Source of the DNA: Octopus sinensis
Taxonomy: Eukaryota
Assembly: GCF_006345805.1 (NCBI RefSeq)
Contig: NC_043013.1
Coordinates: 11,532,001 to 11,596,000 of the forward strand
Direction of reading: 5' to 3'
Length of the DNA: 64,000 nucleotides
In this document: piece after piece, positions 38,521-51,599 of the stretch
Position numbering within the stretch: the stretch's first letter is position 1
Layout of the letters: every line of letters begins with the position of its first letter
Made by a program: the position numbers and the translations under genes
Notes under the pieces: model-generated
The model's input: the letters and a program-made list of their open reading frames with translations, nothing else
Databases searched by the model: none
What the model was told of the DNA's origin: nothing

Positions 38521-39054
38521 ATAATATTAGAGAGATACATATTTGCATGTGTGCATTTAAAATACTGTGCGCGTGAGGAGGGATTCATCATAAATCAATT
38601 ACTTCTCATTATGAGGAAATTGTTAGCGCTGTTGTGATTTACCATAGAGGAATTCTCTATTTTTGTGTCAGAGACGAATTTAATCCGATTAGCAGAGTAA
38701 GGAAGAAAACCCTGTTGTTCTATGTGTCAAAGTAAACTCTGCTTGAAGGCTTTCAATCTAAATCCGAAGAAAGATTACTTCGGCGACAACAGAAGCATCA
38801 ACGACATGTCCCATGTTTCAACTACAACCAGATTTCAAGAAACTGAATTCTCCATATTGCCTGAGGTACTACGAGCCGACAACAGGGCCGAACCAGCAAC
38901 TCCAAATATCTCATTAGCCTTCACTTAACTTGGCAAAGATCACTTTCTGTCCGACTAAATTGTTATAAAACCACGGGGGATATTATATAAGATACATCCA
39001 CAGATAATATTAGAGAGATACATATTTGCATGTGTGCATTTAAAATACTGTGCG
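38521..39054. repeat. Exact 51-bp direct repeat pair, 483 bp apart, in otherwise unique sequence
   Basis: ATAATATTAGAGAGATACATATTTGCATGTGTGCATTTAAAATACTGTGCG at 38521-38571 and 39004-39054. Confidence 0.9.
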
Positions 39055-40079
39055 ACAACAACAACAAAGAGAAAAGTGAGAATAGGAAAGAACAAACGAT
39101 CCGAGATCAGCAACGGATAACAGATTTGCAGGTGGTGAGAGCAGTGGTGACAGGCAAAGTATATTCAGATGACGTCTGTGCGATTATCATATTTGTTGGT
39201 ACTCGAAGATGGGAAGGCATTCAAGATGTTGTATTTCAATGAGAGAGTGATATGAGGCCAAACTTCCAACTGCTAAACTCGAGCTCTTTGTGCCTTAAAG
39301 AAAACGGGAAAAGAACCGAATATCTAGCATGTTCCCATATTATAGTATTAGAATTTTTCCAAAACCAATGCTCGTGTGCGCGTGTACGAATGTCTACATG
39401 CGCATATATATGTATATACAAATCTATGTATCTACACATTTATGGATGTATGTGTATTTAACACACTCTCTCTCTCCATCACCCTCATACTAAATGTATA
39501 CGTGTGTGCGTTGCAACACATTGTATGAAGTGTATTGTATCGTATGTACAGGTCCAGCCCTGTGGCCAAAATAGAAAGGATTATTATCATTATTTTTACT
39601 TGACTATCACCAAGGATTGGCAAAACATCTAGATCGTCTTACTAAATGTTTAGTTTCGATCCTCTGTGTTCTGAGTTCAAGTCGAACCGAGGTCATCTCT
39701 GCCTTTCATCCGCAGGAGTTCGATAAGAGGAGTTTCAGGCATGTACTGACTTATTCAACTATACTGCTATCACATAGAAATAGGATTTCTGCCAAGGCAA
39801 AAGAAATCGATATTGGCTGTACAAAAGGTGAAAAACCAACGTGTAAGGGAAGGGTGGGGTTTTATAATTTCAAAGGGAGCAGTTCACGTCCCTGTTTCGA
39901 TTTCTCGTTGAAGCGATTTTCATTTCGTTTATGTTGCTAATCTCCTTGAGGGAAGCACTGTCGTCACAATATCTCATTTCCTTCTCATGTGTATACATAC
40001 GTAGAAAGCATATGCATATATATATACATACATACATACATATATATATATGTATGTATTTTGTATGTATATATATATA

Positions 40080-40122
<43 letters not shown>

Positions 40123-40291
40123 CATATACATATATATATATATATATGCATATAATTTTGTTTGAACATCTATATATTCTTATATATATATATATCGATA
40201 TGCGCGCTCACACACACACAGACACACGCACACAAAAGCGTGCTCGCACATACACATGTATAGATACATACGTGTATGTGTATATATGTAC

Positions 40292-40330
<39 letters not shown>

Positions 40331-40347
40331 TACATACATATATATAT

Positions 40348-40396
<49 letters not shown>

Positions 40397-40519
40397 ATAT
40401 ACATATACATATATGGCTATAGAATTTACGCATCGAAAGCAACATATATATACATGGTACTATAACAAAAACAAAAGCTAATAGTTACTATTTCAGCAAC
40501 AATAATTACCATACTCCCC

Positions 40520-40541
40520 TCCCCTCCTCCTCCTCCTCCTC

Positions 40542-40592
<51 letters not shown>

Positions 40593-41259
40593 GTGCGAAA
40601 ATTACTACTGTCGCCATTATCGAGCCACCAGTAGAAACACCAATGCTACTATCGCAACCATCTTTAGAACAAACGCTACCACCACCACCACCACTACCAA
40701 CAACAACAACAACAACAACAGCAACAACAACACAGCCACAAGAACAGTAGCAGCAGCAGCAGCAGCAGCAACAAGAACAAAAACGATGACCCCCCCTTCG
40801 GTTAATGCCATCATGGATACAAACATCAGAACAACATCATCAGACAATTAACACTTTGGCAACTTCTATAACCTTCCAGTACACCCGTACCAGTAGCGCC
40901 ACCACCACCACCGGCACCACTGACAACAACAACAACAACAAGGACGACACCATATAATAGTATCATCACAACCTCAACGATCATCTCCATGGCAACCACA
41001 GCCATTACAGATAATGACTCGACAGCAACAAAACATACACTACCATCACCATCACCATCACCATCACCACCAGCACCACCACCACCGCCGCCACCACAAC
41101 CATCATCATCATCTTCTTCATCATAATCATCATCATCATCATCACCATAACAATCATGTTCATTTCTTCCTGTCTTTTCCCACTTTCTTCTCATTAACGT
41201 CATCATCACCATCATCACCATCATCGTCATCATCATCGTCGTCATTATCATCATCGTCG

Positions 41260-41310
<51 letters not shown>

Positions 41311-41817
41311 CCATCATCATCATCATTATCAACATCATCATTAACATCATCATGATATTACGGTCATTATTGCCTTCTTCCATATATTATGATGAGGAAG
41401 ATGATGACGACGACGACAACGATGGCAGCGACGACGACTACGACTACGACGAAGATGAGGATGATGATGATGATAATTACTATATTATAATGTTCATTAT
41501 CAACATTGTCGACATACTAACTTTCAACATCATCACTAATATAACAATGATGATGATGGTGTGGAAGATGATGATGAAGAGGACTAGGACCAGGACAACC
41601 GTCATTATCATCATCATCAGCATCGTCTTCAACAACATCATTTTCATCGTCGTCGTCGTTGTCGTCGGCCTCGTCGTCATCATCATCATCATCATCAGCA
41701 TCAGCATCGTCTTCATCAACATCATTTTCATCGTCTTCGTCGTTGTCGTCGTTGTCGTCATCATCATCATCATCATTAACATCAACATCGCCGTCGTCGG
41801 CCTCATCGTCGTCGTCG

Positions 41818-41855
<38 letters not shown>

Positions 41856-41900
41856 TTCATCATCGTTGTCGTCTTCATCATCGTTGTCGTCGTTGTCGGC
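40520..41900. repeat. Long cryptic trinucleotide region (CCT, TAC, CAA, CAT, CGT)
   Basis: Visible; produces homopolymer ORFs on both strands. Confidence 0.9.
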
Positions 41901-42528
41901 GTTGTCGCATCCAAGTACAACTCACCGACATTGTTACTCACATAACCAGCATCAGAATCACTTATTCACAACAGCCTACGTCCTCTTTCATTCATCTTCT
42001 CTTTTACTCGCCCAACTCATATCATTTTTCCTCCCCTATTCTCTTTCAACTCAACATTTTCTTTTGCTTTCTTCTTTTTTTCTTTCTTTGCTTCTTGAAG
42101 TATTTTCCTTTATTATCAAATTTTTTTTTTGTATTTTCTGTTTCCTTCTTGTTTTTCTACATTCCTGCATTATTTATTTTTCTTGATGGCTTACTAAGCG
42201 CTCCGTATGTCTATGTGGTTAAGAAGTTCGTTCGAAATGACACACGAGTTACTTGTTTGATCTAACTGAGAAGCATGTTAGGCTTGTGTCTTCCGCTATA
42301 CACTTATATTGATCATTTATCTCGTAAGAAAAACGTTGGCAGACAGAAAACTGCATAGAAAACTCGCGTCATTGGAGTATAACGCCATACCAGAATATGT
42401 ACACACTCGCCTTACGGGCCTCTAAGTGCAGTCAATGATACGTTGGACTTTCATTGAAATGATACTTGAGACAAATAGGTAACCATGTCTGCAGTAAAAT
42501 CAGTGGAGGAAAATGATGAAGGTTGAAT

Positions 42529-42763
42529 CAAAACATCATGCTGGGTTAAAACCCACGACTCTTGTGCCAGGCCAAAGATTTGCATATTCTATTAAATGAG
42601 CACATCTCTGATGGCTGTCAGAGGGAACAAGTGTCACAGTATGAATTCTTTTGATATGCCTCTTCAATCTTCCAACTGAATGGCACACCTTTCCACAGGT
42701 TGCACATGTTCTATTGTGAGCAACAGCCATATCACAACTTACACCAAAACATCATGCTGGGTT
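42529..42763 (-). mobile_element. 197-bp insert encoding a C2H2 zinc-finger-like peptide between 19-bp direct repeats
   Basis: CAAAACATCATGCTGGGTT at 42529-42547 and 42745-42763; minus ORF TCATCGKVCHSVGRLKRHIKRIH. Confidence 0.55.
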
Positions 42764-42841
42764 TAAAAGCCATGATGTAGGGTAAACATCAGGAATGATG
42801 TAATATGGCCAGAACATCCACCAAGTTACAGGTTACTTTGT

Positions 42842-43146
42842 GGAGGCACATGGCCTAGTGGATAGAGCAGCGGACTCGCGGTCGAGGGATCGTGGGTTCG
42901 AATCTCAGACCGAGCGATGTGTGTGTTTATGAGCGAAACTCCTAAGCTCCACGGGGCTACGGCAGAAGGTAATGGCGAACCTTCTGCTGACTCTTTCACA
43001 ACTTTCTCTCACTCTTTCCTCCTGCATCTTGCAGCTCACCTGCGACGGACCGGCGTCCTGTCCAGGTGGGGAACCTATACGCCAAGGAAACCAGGAAACT
43101 GGCCCTTATGAGCCAGGCATGGCTCGAAAAGGAACAAACAAACAAC
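42842..43146 (+). mobile_element. SINE family C variant, tail type 2
   Basis: GGAGGCACATGGCCTAGTGG...GGTTCGAATC...GTTTATGAGCGAAAC; tail ...ATGAGCCAGGCATGGCTCGAAAAGGAACAAACAAACAACA. Confidence 0.85.
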
Positions 43147-43328
43147 AGGTTACTTCGTGGTTAGAGAATCCCACCTGCTGTTTTGTTTCATCTCCTTCTG
43201 CCTTCTAATGCAAGATTCGTTTCCTTAATTTTATCTTCCTGCTTCACATATTGTGTGTTAGCGAAAGAATGAGACTGATGTACATGTACCTCTTTCTACC
43301 CGCCTCTCTCTTATTATATGTGTATATA

Positions 43329-44175
43329 CGTTTGAGTACTGAAAAGTACCAGGCTTTGAAGCAGAGACGTACCACCTTGGGGTGCTAGATAGGCTTGAAT
43401 AAAATAAATCGTTTGCAACATTTTAGTTTTATGGCAAAATATGCACCTAATTCAATACAGTTATAAAGGTTACTCTGATTACTATGCATAAAACCCAAAA
43501 TATTTTATCTTTTTGTAGATTAGGTAGAAATAATTCGCCCCTGCTTTTTAATCTCAGTATTAATGCTACGTATTAATGCTATGGAGAGGTTCTTAAGCAG
43601 ATAAGGCCGAAAATGTCGCTAGTAACTGGGATCACCAAGTGTAGATTTGCATATTTCGGTTATATTATGCGGAGAAAATCCCTGGAGAAGGACATCATGC
43701 TCGGAATGGTCAGTGGCAAGAGAGGAAGAGGTCGACCAAGAACCCACTGGCTTGACACCGTCAGCAGTGATACCGGAATGGACATGGCCAATCTGAAGGA
43801 AGCGGCCTAGGATAGAACTGACTGGAGGACACTGATCCAACGAGTGACCGAGAGTCGACTTCGACTGAGCGGATAGAGAGAGATAGTAATGCTGTAGTCC
43901 ACATGCTATGTACACCCCAACAACACCGTTTTCTTTACGTGCCATAAAAGCAGAAGTAAATCTGCCTTCACCTCAGTCGCGTACCTGTATTTCGATTATT
44001 TTGGGGGTGTTTTACTGCATAAAGATCACCAACTGCCTACCCTGAGTAATTACTGACGGTCCCTTAGGGACTTACAAAACCTGAAGAACTACTGCAATAA
44101 GTGTGCGAATCTGAGAGAGGAATACGTTGCATAATACCATAATTAACTGATCTCCTTTTTCATAAAGAGGCTCCT
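43329..44175 (+). mobile_element. Degraded mariner-like element interrupted by an RTE fragment
   Basis: TA followed by TIR-like CG..GAGTACTGAAAAGTACCAGGCTTT; mariner-like C-terminus YCNKCANLREEYVA* at about 44090-44133. Confidence 0.5.
43600..43880 (+). mobile_element. RTE-clade (BovB-like) LINE 3' end
   Basis: YFGYIMRRKSLEKDIMLGMVSGKRGRGRPRTHWLD...DRTDWRTLIQRVTESRLRLSG*. Confidence 0.85.
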
Positions 44176-44472
44176 ACATTTCATTTCAGTCTCAGAAAAA
44201 AATTATCTTCATTTGCTTCAAGCACTTCCCACCGATCAGAGCAATCTTCTCCCCATTTCATCATCAAATGGAGTGTATATCGTATGTTTATGTGTTAGTA
44301 CATAATTGTTCTTTATTATGGATACGTAAAATATAGCGTATATTGGCCGTAATGGAGAACCCATAGCTTCTCCCTCTTCAGGTTTATATAAGTAACCTTG
44401 TGAAGGCAAAAAGGGTCTTTCAGTTTCACCAATAACAGGGACTGGGAAATGTGGTTTTCTCTCAATAATGTA

Positions 44473-45031
44473 TTGGGTTGTCCGGAAAGTTCGTGCCGAT
44501 TTTTAAAGGAAAGGAAAAGGTCAATAAATACTTGCCTTACATTTTTAATCAACTCAATATGAACCATTTTGTTACACAATGCGTCTCCACCTTTCCTTTA
44601 ACTTGAAAATACCTTCTTCTCAGAATTAAGGTGGTTTCATGGCAAAGAATTCATCAAGGTATCTTTTTATCTCATCCAAGGAATTGAAATTTTTACCATT
44701 AAGACCATTTTGTAGAGACCTGAATAAGTGGAAATCCGAAGGAGCAATATCCGGTGAATATGGAGGGTGGGGTAACACATCCCAGACGAGCTGCAGCAAT
44801 TTTTGTCTGGCTCCCAAAACATCAAGTGCTGAAAAGGAACTTTCTTATCTTCCATTTTAAAGAGTTACAGAATTAACACAGATTATAGAAACCTTCTTCC
44901 ACGAAAATATAGCTTAAACTATGCTCTAAATGAAGGTGCAGTCAAATCCTACTTTATGGACTCAAACATGTTCTAAAATAAGTCGAAAGATAAGCTACAA
45001 TAAATCGGCACGAACTTTCCGGACAACCTAA
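44473..45031 (-). mobile_element. Mariner internal-deletion derivative (559 bp) with both TIRs
   Basis: TIRs TTGGGTTGTCCGGAAAGTTCGTGCCGATTT / AAATCGGCACGAACTTTCCGGACAACCTAA, TA on both sides; HPPYSPDIAPSDFHLF motif. Confidence 0.93.
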
Positions 45032-45449
45032 TATTTATCAACGCTTTCTTACTTAGTTTGACTTTCAGTTAAGTAGTATTAATCTGTGTGCATCCTTAGA
45101 TAATCAATTACGACGTTCAGTAGATTGCTAGTTTTTGTAATATATTCGATTTCTCTGTGATCACGAACATATCAATACAGTTGTCTAACATATTACGAAG
45201 TTGTCTTTAATTTTTTATTTTATTTTACATTATGCAGAGACATGTTAGGTTTTTGTTGAGCACTTGCTTAATGCCTTGTCTGTATCTATGTTTATCCGAT
45301 TTAATTTGGATTAATTCTCGAAACGTATGATCTATAAGTATAATACTTTATCTCCGATATTTTTGAAGGTGCGTAGTCTAATGGTAACGGTATTGCGCTC
45401 AGGATAACAAGATAGCTGTTTCAATTCCTGTCCAGTTGCGGTTTTGGGT

Positions 45450-45750
45450 ACTGGTGGTGTTGGAGTGATAAACTCTTCCTTCTTTACGGTAGTGGAGCAA
45501 TGGTGAATGACATAAGCACAAACGCAAACACACACATACATATATGTGTATATATGCATACATAGATACATAAAAACATACATACATACACACACATATA
45601 TGACTGTGTGCGCGTGTGAGTCTAACCATGTCCATACATACATATATATCAAATGCTGTTGTGAACAATGCAGTGATGTGAATGGCGTGGTAGTAGTAGA
45701 ATTGGTGGTCCCGATAATGATACCGTTTTTAATTGCTAGCTATTGAAAAG
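45450..45750. repeat. Local duplicated block, copy 1 (paralogue at 49945-50450)
   Basis: Shared TGGTGGTGTTGG.GTGATAAACTCTTCC...GGTAGTGGAGCAATG and GTGTGCGCGTGTGAGTCTAACCATG...GCTAGCTATTGAAAAGT. Confidence 0.9.
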
Positions 45751-45810
45751 TCATATATATATATATATAATAACAAAGGGTAAAATTAATTAATTAAGAA
45801 GTAATCGATA

Positions 45811-46223
45811 GGCGCAGGAGTGGCTGTGTGGTAAGTAGCTTGCTAACCAACCACATGGTTCCGGGTTCAGTCCCACTGCGTGGCATCTTGGGCAAGTGTC
45901 TTCTGCTATAGCCCCGGGCCGACCAGTTCCTTGTGAGTGGATTTGGTAGATGGAAACTGAAAGAAGCCTGTCGTATATATGTATATATGTATGTATGTGT
46001 GTGTGTTTGTGTGTCTGTGTCTGTCACCCTAGAATTGCTTGACAACCGATGCTGGTGTGTTTGCGTCCCCGTCACTTAGCGGTTCGGCAAAAGAGACCGA
46101 TAGAATAAGTACTGGGCTTACAAAGAATAAGTCCCGGGGTCGATTTGCTCGACTGAAGGCGGTGCTCCAGCATGGCCGCAGTCAAATGACTGAAACAAGT
46201 AAAAGAGTAAAAGAGTAAAGAGT
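45811..46223 (+). mobile_element. SINE family A, young full-length copy
   Basis: Complete head, internal microsatellite, tail and (GTAAAAGA)n end. Confidence 0.93.
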
Positions 46224-46467
46224 AATAATTTCACCAAGTAGAATTCGGCATGAAAAAAGACCATTTCACCATAAATTTAAGTAATACTTTATAATTAGGG
46301 TTCAGCAAGGATTTGCTTTTCCACATACCGAAGTTTAGAAAAAGTTGTCAAAAAACCTTAGCTATTTCTTCTACTTTATAAAGGGACTCCCAGAAAAACC
46401 AAATTACTTGAAAACAATCTACGCAGGCAGAGAGGAAAAATAACGAAAATCAATCCCTAGTTATAAA

Positions 46468-46532
<65 letters not shown>

Positions 46533-47184
46533 AACATATTTATATTATTTTAACACAAGTGAGAGGGGAAAGTGTACGAAATTTTGGGATTAATTTAGAA
46601 TAACATGAAGTACGATTTCGATGAAGTGCGATTTCAGTGTGGGTGGTATGACCAATTTGGGAGTTAAATTCATGGTTATGAGATGGTGGTTTCGATACGC
46701 AGATCGGGTTGTGAGTTTACTTCTGTTCACGTGACTCCAGTTCACTTAGCTGTAATTGAGTAACTCTGCGGTGGTCGGTCGTCCTGTTCAGTGGCATGTT
46801 GTGATCTTAAGAAACCAGGTAAACTGCCCTGAGGCTCCTAGGTCACGAGATATTAATTAAACGCGAGGCTTTGTTGCTGTCGTTCTTCTTGATAATGATG
46901 ATGATGATGGTGATGATGATGATTATGATGATGATGACGATGATGATGATGATGATGATGATGATGACGATGGCGATGATGATGGTGATAGTGATAGTGA
47001 TGATGATGGTGATTAATTTGAGTTCAATATTCATTTGTCCTTCGCTCATCTTACGCTTGTGTATTAAAGACAGAACCAAAGTTCAAGAAGAAGAAACGTA
47101 AAAGACTTTGTTTATATTCCTGAGCGTTATACTAATACATCTGTTTGTTTTGTACACCACCTGTCTCCCTACACACACACACAC

Positions 47185-47222
<38 letters not shown>

Positions 47223-47719
47223 ACACACAAATATACACACATAGATCATAGATACTGCTTTCGAATAATGATTCTCGAAGCATATCGTTTAGAGCTATAA
47301 AGACTAGAATGTAAATATTAAGTTGGAAAACTCTTTTGGATAGAAAAATTAAAGGCTGCTCATTGGTCACGAACCTACGTCTCGCATCTCCACATAAGAA
47401 GCAGCCTTCTTTTTCGATCAAAAAATGTTTATCAACCCAATTTTTACATGTACTTCTTTATTATTTAGGTGATGCGCTTTGAGAACTATTATTCGAAAGT
47501 TTACGAAAATACTTATGACATCATACACGCATACATATATACACATAACAGGCTGTGGATTTCTCCTTGAAAATCAGACAGAAATAGTGTAACTTATGGA
47601 AAGCTAATTCGAAACCTCTAGCGTTTATGCCCAAGTGCGCCAGTAATAATCGGTGCATTTGGTTTTGTGAGTAAACACCTAAGTGACAGTCTGAATAAGC
47701 TTGGATTGTCAGAAAAAGA

Positions 47720-48110
47720 AATCAGCTTTGCACATTACAAATGGGGAAGCACTCCGTCGGTTACGACGACGAGGGTTCCGGTTGATCCGAATCAACGGAA
47801 CAGCCTGCTCGTGAAATTAACGTGTAAGTGGCTGAGCACTCCACAGACACGTGTACTCTTAACGTAGTTCTCGGGGATATTCAGCGTGACACAGAGAGTG
47901 ACAATGCCGTACAACAGAAACAGGAAGTAAGAGTGAGAGAAAGTTGTGGTGAAAGAGTACAGCAGGGATCACCACCATCCCCTACCGGAGCCTCGTGGAG
48001 CTTTAGGCGTTTTCGCTCAATAAACACTCACAACGCCCGGTCTGGGAATCGAAACCGCGATCCTATGACCGCGAGTCCGCTGCCCTAACCACTGGGCCAT
48101 TGCGCCTCCA
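47720..48110 (-). mobile_element. SINE family C, tail type 3
   Basis: Head reverse complement CCTAACCACTGGGCCATTGCGCCTCC; shared body to 47915; distinct distal domain CACTCCGTCGGTTACGACGACGAGGG...GTGGCTGAGCACTCCACAGAC. Confidence 0.85.
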
Positions 48111-48315
48111 CACATTACAAATACAATCTGTCGAAAAGAAAAAAAAATATGCGACGTTTCTCACGTGATTCTTTTTTCATTATCAACATTCCAACGATGA
48201 ATCTTTGTATTTATGTTAGCAACCATCTCTTTCCTGAGAAGAATAATTTAAGTAATTAAAAACAGAAGAGAACACTCACACACACGTATACACATGTATG
48301 CATGCATATATACAT

Positions 48316-48545
48316 GCGGCGAGCTGTCAGAAACGTTAGCATGCCGGGCGAAATGCGTAACCGTATTTCGTCTGTCGTTACGTTCTTAGTTCAAATTCCG
48401 CCGTGGTCGACTTTGCCTTTCATTCTTTCGGGGTCGATAAATTAAGTACGCGGTTTCGCACTGGGGTCGATATAATCGACTTAATCCGTTTGTCTGTCCT
48501 TGTTTGTCCCGTCTATGTTTAGCCCCTTGTGGGTAATAAAGAAAT
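48316..48545 (+). mobile_element. SINE family B (tail type 1), full length
   Basis: GCGGCGAGCTGTCAGAAACGTTAGC...GTGGGTAATAAAGAAATA. Confidence 0.9.
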
Positions 48546-48793
48546 ATATATACATACACACATACATACATACACACATACATACATACATACATTCCTT
48601 CAAGTAAATCTCATTCAAAAGTTATTAGTCATGCCATGGTACCACTAGGTACCGAGACATTTCCTTGAAATGCCAAGCATTGGGACGAAGCAGAAGACAA
48701 GATTGCGAAGTGAATTTTCTAACCACATCCACGTTTGTCGCCTTTTGTTTCGTTTCCTTCTTTGCGCATTACATATATTCTTTACTCGATTAT

Positions 48794-48794
<1 letters not shown>

Positions 48795-48849
<55 letters not shown>

Positions 48850-48927
48850 TCCTTCTTCCTTCCTTTCTTTCTTCTTTCCTTTCTTTCTTTCTTCCTTTCT
48901 TCCTTCCTTTCTTTCCTCTTTCTGTTT

Positions 48928-48994
<67 letters not shown>

Positions 48995-49135
48995 TCCTCT
49001 TTCTTTTTTCTTTCTTTCTTTCTTTCTTTCTTTCTGCCTTCCTTTCTTTCTTCCTCCCTTCCATCCTTTCTTTCCTCTTTCTTTCTCTCTTTCTTTCCTT
49101 CTTTCTTTCTTTCTTCCTTCCTTCCTTTCTTTCGA
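48795..49135. repeat. (TTTC)n polypyrimidine tract
   Basis: Visible; source of the 331-aa F/L/S ORF. Confidence 0.95.
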
Positions 49136-49944
49136 GAATTATTTCTTTTCTTTTATTCTTATTATCTATCATCTCTGTTGTAAGTTATCTTTTTTTTCAA
49201 ATCTTCTTTTCTTTCATCTTGAATTCCATTCATTCTCTCTTCCTCTCTCTCTCTCTCTCTCTCTTTCCTAAGTTCCTCTCACTTTTCCTCTACCTCTTTC
49301 GCTCTCTCTCTCTCTCTTTCTCTTTTACCCTAACACTTTCTTCACTTCTCTCTCCGGAGTGTCTCTTCCTTTCTTATTTTGCACACTTCAACTTTGTAAT
49401 TTTTTTTTCCAGTTTTTCATTCTTTCTTTCCTGTTTATGCTTTCATGCCTTCTTCACACACACACACACTTTCATTCATTCCTTCTTTCCTCTCTTCCTT
49501 TCCTTCTTCCATGTCTTTCCTTTCCTATTCCTTACCTCCTACTGCCTCTCTTTCTTCATTCTTCTACCACTTCATTCCACATCAAATACACCCACCACTC
49601 GCCTCATCATACAGAATGTTCATCTGCATAAGTTATTTCTACAAATAGACTTCGGATTCCTGTAACAATCGATTGATGTCGAAGCTGATTTCCATAACAG
49701 TTACAAGAGAAGGAATTGGGCCTCCCCCTATAGACCAATATTTCTAAAACAACTATTGTATACTTTCTTGTTCATGCACACGCACGCACGCATTCACACA
49801 TACATATATTTAAATTATATTTATTATATTTGTAAATATTGTGATGCAGATGGTGGCAGAACTGGCAGACGTGGCGGTAACGGTGGTGGTGGTGGTGGTG
49901 ATGGTGTTGGTGGTGGTAGTGCTGGTAGTGCTTCCGTTGGTGGC

Positions 49945-50182
49945 GCTGGTGGTGTTGGCGTGATAAACTCTTCCTTCTTCACGGTAGTGGAGCAATGATG
50001 AATAACGTAAGCGCAAACAACGCATACACGCACATACATATATGCATATACATGCATACATAGATACTTAAAAACATACATAACAATATATATTATATAT
50101 GTATATATATATATACATATTTTATATATATATAATATATATATATGAAGGTCTGTATATCATTTCTATGAGCCATGTATGT

Positions 50183-50250
<68 letters not shown>

Positions 50251-50450
50251 TTAGACATACAGATACATATTATGAACGTATGTATGCATACACATATACG
50301 TCTGTGTGCGCGTGTGAGTCTAACCATGTCCATACATACATATATATCAAATGCTGTTGTGAACAATGCAGTGATGTGAATGGCGTGGTAATAGTAGAAT
50401 TGGTGGTCCCTATAATGGTACCGTTTTTAATTGCTAGCTATTGAAAAGTG
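49945..50450. repeat. Local duplicated block, copy 2 (expanded internal microsatellite)
   Basis: See 45450-45750. Confidence 0.9.
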
Positions 50451-51194
50451 ATATATATATATGCACACACACACACATACACATATATATATACATATAC
50501 ATGTACATGAATATATATATATATATATGTGTATCAAATGAAGATATGCATTTATGATATACATGCGCACACCCTGTATACATATTATATATACAGTGTA
50601 TCAATATTTAAGCAATTATTGTCTTCCATATGTTAAAAATATAATATAGCATATTTATCAATATATGTCTGTGTGTGTATCTGTGTGCTTGTATGCGTGT
50701 GTTTGCGCGTGTGTGTGTGGGTGTGTGTGTGTGTGTGTGTTTGAATGTGTGTGCTAATGTTAGTCGTTGCTCTGTCGCAAACAATTCGATTCATCTGACC
50801 AGAACACATTCCAGTTTCCTTGGAATATAAATGACAAAGGTCACAATATTCACCCTTCCGCGGTTGGACTGTCTGTCTTAGAACCAACCCACCTGTTTGT
50901 CAAATGCTACTAGTAATCATCTAATTGAAACCCAACAACATGAAATTGTTTCATTCAAGAAGTGAACTCACTACTATGTCTGCGTATCGAAACCACCATC
51001 TCATGACCGTGAATTTAATTCCAAACCTTTAGACCGCACACTCTGAAATCGTATTTCATCGACCGTTTGTTATTCTAAATTAAACACAAAATTTCGTACA
51101 TTTTCCACTCTCACTTGTGTTGTAAGAATATAAAAAGTTGTTGTGGCTAAAAATCAATTTCGTGATAGGCAGAAAACATCAAATTTTAATTAAA

Positions 51195-51599
51195 AGGTTT
51201 AATCTTTAATTTTCGTCTGTCGTTACGTTCTGAGTTCAAATTCCACCGAGGGCGACTTTGTCTTTCATCCTTCCGGGGTCGATAAATTAAGTACCAGTTA
51301 CGCACTGGGGTTAATATGATCGACTTAATCCGTTTGTCTGTCCTTGTTTGTCGTCTCTGTGTTTAGCCCCCTGTGGATAGTAAAGAAATAGGTTTAATCT
51401 CTAATTTTCATCTGCCGTTACGTTCTGAGTTCAAATTCGCCGAGGTCGACTTTGCCTTTCATCCATTCGGGGTCGATTAATTAAGTACCAGTTACGCACT
51501 GGGGTCGATATAATCGACTTAATCTGTTTGTTTATCCTTGTTTGTCGTCTCTGTGTTTAGCCCCTTGTGGGTAGTAAAGAAATAGGTTTAATTGCTAAT
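51195..51599 (+). repeat. Tandem dimer (about 195-bp period) of headless SINE family B
   Basis: Units start AGGTTTAAT at 51195, 51390 and 51584; each carries body plus tail 1 but no A-box head. Confidence 0.9.

Noticed and set aside
40826-42186. Overlapping 113-197 aa poly-M/I/S/H/T ORFs
   Set aside because: Trinucleotide repeats open in several frames on both strands; no splice or codon evidence.
48670-49665. 331-aa F/L/S-rich ORF and the opposite-strand K/E/R ORF
   Set aside because: Translation of a (TTTC)n/(TC)n tract; no protein-like complexity.
51195-51599. CRISPR-like or regularly interspaced repeat
   Set aside because: Eukaryotic context; the units are SINE bodies with no unique spacers.
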